DNA from: an uncultured Bacilli bacterium
GTDB taxonomy: Bacteria > Bacillota_I > Bacilli_A > RF39 > UBA660
NCBI GenBank assembly: GCA_947628485.1
Contig: CANRAA010000001.1
Span: 1 to 57,918, forward strand
Length of the DNA: 57,918 nucleotides
Reading direction: 5' to 3'
The notes beneath the pieces were generated by a model. It worked only from the letters and a program-made list of their open reading frames with translations, was not told the origin of the DNA and searched no databases. This document shows, piece by piece, positions 57,083 through 57,918 of the stretch; the first letter of the stretch is position 1; every line of letters starts with the position of its first letter. A program made the translations under genes and the position numbers.

Positions 57083-57739
57083 TTATCTAAAACTCGGTTT
57101 TACTATTTCTAAAGTTTTAATTAAATCTAAATTAACTCTATTTTGATAATATCTTTTAAAATCGTTAATGTCTTCACTAAAATGAAGTTCATTACTAGTA
57201 CCCATTTTACTAGACCAACTACCATCTAAATTTTGTCTTACAAAATGATAATTAGCAAGGCCACCGGTTATTTTCGCATCATAATAAATGCCAATTTTAT
57301 AACCCCTGTGAGAGGGATTATCTAAAACATCGGTTTCGTAATATTTAAATTTTAAATATTCTAAATCACTATATAAACATTCAAGGAATTCTTTTTCGCT
57401 TGTAATGCCATACTTTATGTTCTTGCGATACCCACTAATCATACCTACATTTTGAATGGTTAAAAAATTTTTTAAATGCGGATTTTTCATTAAGTGTTCT
57501 TCTAAAAAATAAGGCATTGGTAAATCAAGAGCACAAGTATAACAATTAGAACTTGTAGAGTAATAAGCATTATTATTTTTAGGAATTTTTGGTTGAAGTC
57601 TTACTGCTAACTTTAAGTATTCTCGATATAATTCTTGCATTTTTAAAAGGGAAGATTTACTATCATTATTAATCTTCAAAATTTCATTTTTTAAAAATAA
57701 TAATTTAGTTTTTAAATCAATCAATTCCCCTAAAATCAT
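57083..57739 (-). CDS. Predicted Cys-His (papain/transglutaminase-like fold) protein, paralog C, first gene of the block
   Basis: ELYREYLKLAVRLQPKIP, NCYTCALDL, GYKIGIYY, NYHFVRQNLDGSWSSKMG, TLEIVKP. AGAGG SD. Confidence 0.5.
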   Translation of the reverse strand: MILGELIDLKTKLLFLKNEILKINNDSKSSLLKMQELYREYLKLAVRLQPKIPKNNNAYYSTSSNCYTCALDLPMPYFLEEHLMKNPHLKNFLTIQNVGMISGYRKNIKYGITSEKEFLECLYSDLEYLKFKYYETDVLDNPSHRGYKIGIYYDAKITGGLANYHFVRQNLDGSWSSKMGTSNELHFSEDINDFKRYYQNRVNLDLIKTLEIVKPSFR

Positions 57740-57762
57740 AAATACCTCTTTTCAAGTTTCCT

Positions 57763-57791
57763 ATTATACCACAAATTGGTGAATTAGACAA
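57763..57791 (-). promoter_or_regulatory. Extended -10 promoter heading the Cys-His/LRR block
   Basis: Minus strand has TTGTCT (57786..57791), 17 bp spacer, TGGTATAAT (57763..57771). The ATG is at 57739. Confidence 0.6.
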
Positions 57792-57909
57792 GAAAAAGCA
57801 ACTAGCAAAGCAAGGAAATAAAGTGGACAAGTAAAAGCAAGAAAAAATTGGTACATTTTGTGAATACCAATTTTTTTAATAATATTTAATTTTGGACAAG
57901 TAAATGCAA
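57785..57909. repeat. Three direct copies of a roughly 17-bp motif upstream of the block
   Basis: TGGACAAGTAAAAGCAA (57824..57840), TGGACAAGTAAATGCAA (57893..57909) and degenerate TAGACAAGAAAAAGCAA (57785..57801). The third copy overlaps the -35 hexamer. Confidence 0.5.
57846..57877. terminator. Bidirectional rho-independent terminator
   Basis: AATTGGTA (57846..57853) pairs with TACCAATT (57865..57872). An A-run precedes it and a T-run follows. It probably ends a minus-strand gene lying beyond the right edge of the window. Confidence 0.6.
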
Positions 57910-57918
57910 TTTTAAATC

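Overview
Very AT-rich bacterial window using the standard genetic code (UGA is used as a stop). The gene content suggests Bacillota: spoVS, a Cse60-like gene, a CotF-like gene, capA-family, uppS, der and engB. No rRNA, tRNA, CRISPR array, transposase or integrase was seen. Coordinates 1-28.3 kb mix housekeeping genes with small accessory modules. These are two divergent ABC-ATPase + Toprim/RloB-like gene pairs (AbiL/PARIS-like logic) in inverted orientation around an engB-pilin-der operon, a HigB-like toxin with a HigA-HTH::ImmA/IrrE fusion and a palindromic operator, and an orphan VirD4/TraG-type coupling protein next to a three-domain cell-wall hydrolase. The main feature is at 28.8-57.8 kb, an about 29 kb block read entirely on the minus strand. 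It holds 13 tandem paralogous genes (32186..57059). Each encodes a protein with no signal peptide, a conserved N-terminal domain of about 330 aa that I do not recognise, and 6-21 tandem 22-residue BspA/TpLRR-like leucine-rich repeats. Some paralogs share exact identity tracts of 116-253 bp, which points to gene conversion. The array is interrupted by one unrelated gene and bracketed by three paralogous predicted Cys-His (papain/transglutaminase-like) proteins. Gene junctions are either a reiterated intergenic cassette or overlapping stop/start codons. All function calls come from reading motifs by eye, with no database search.
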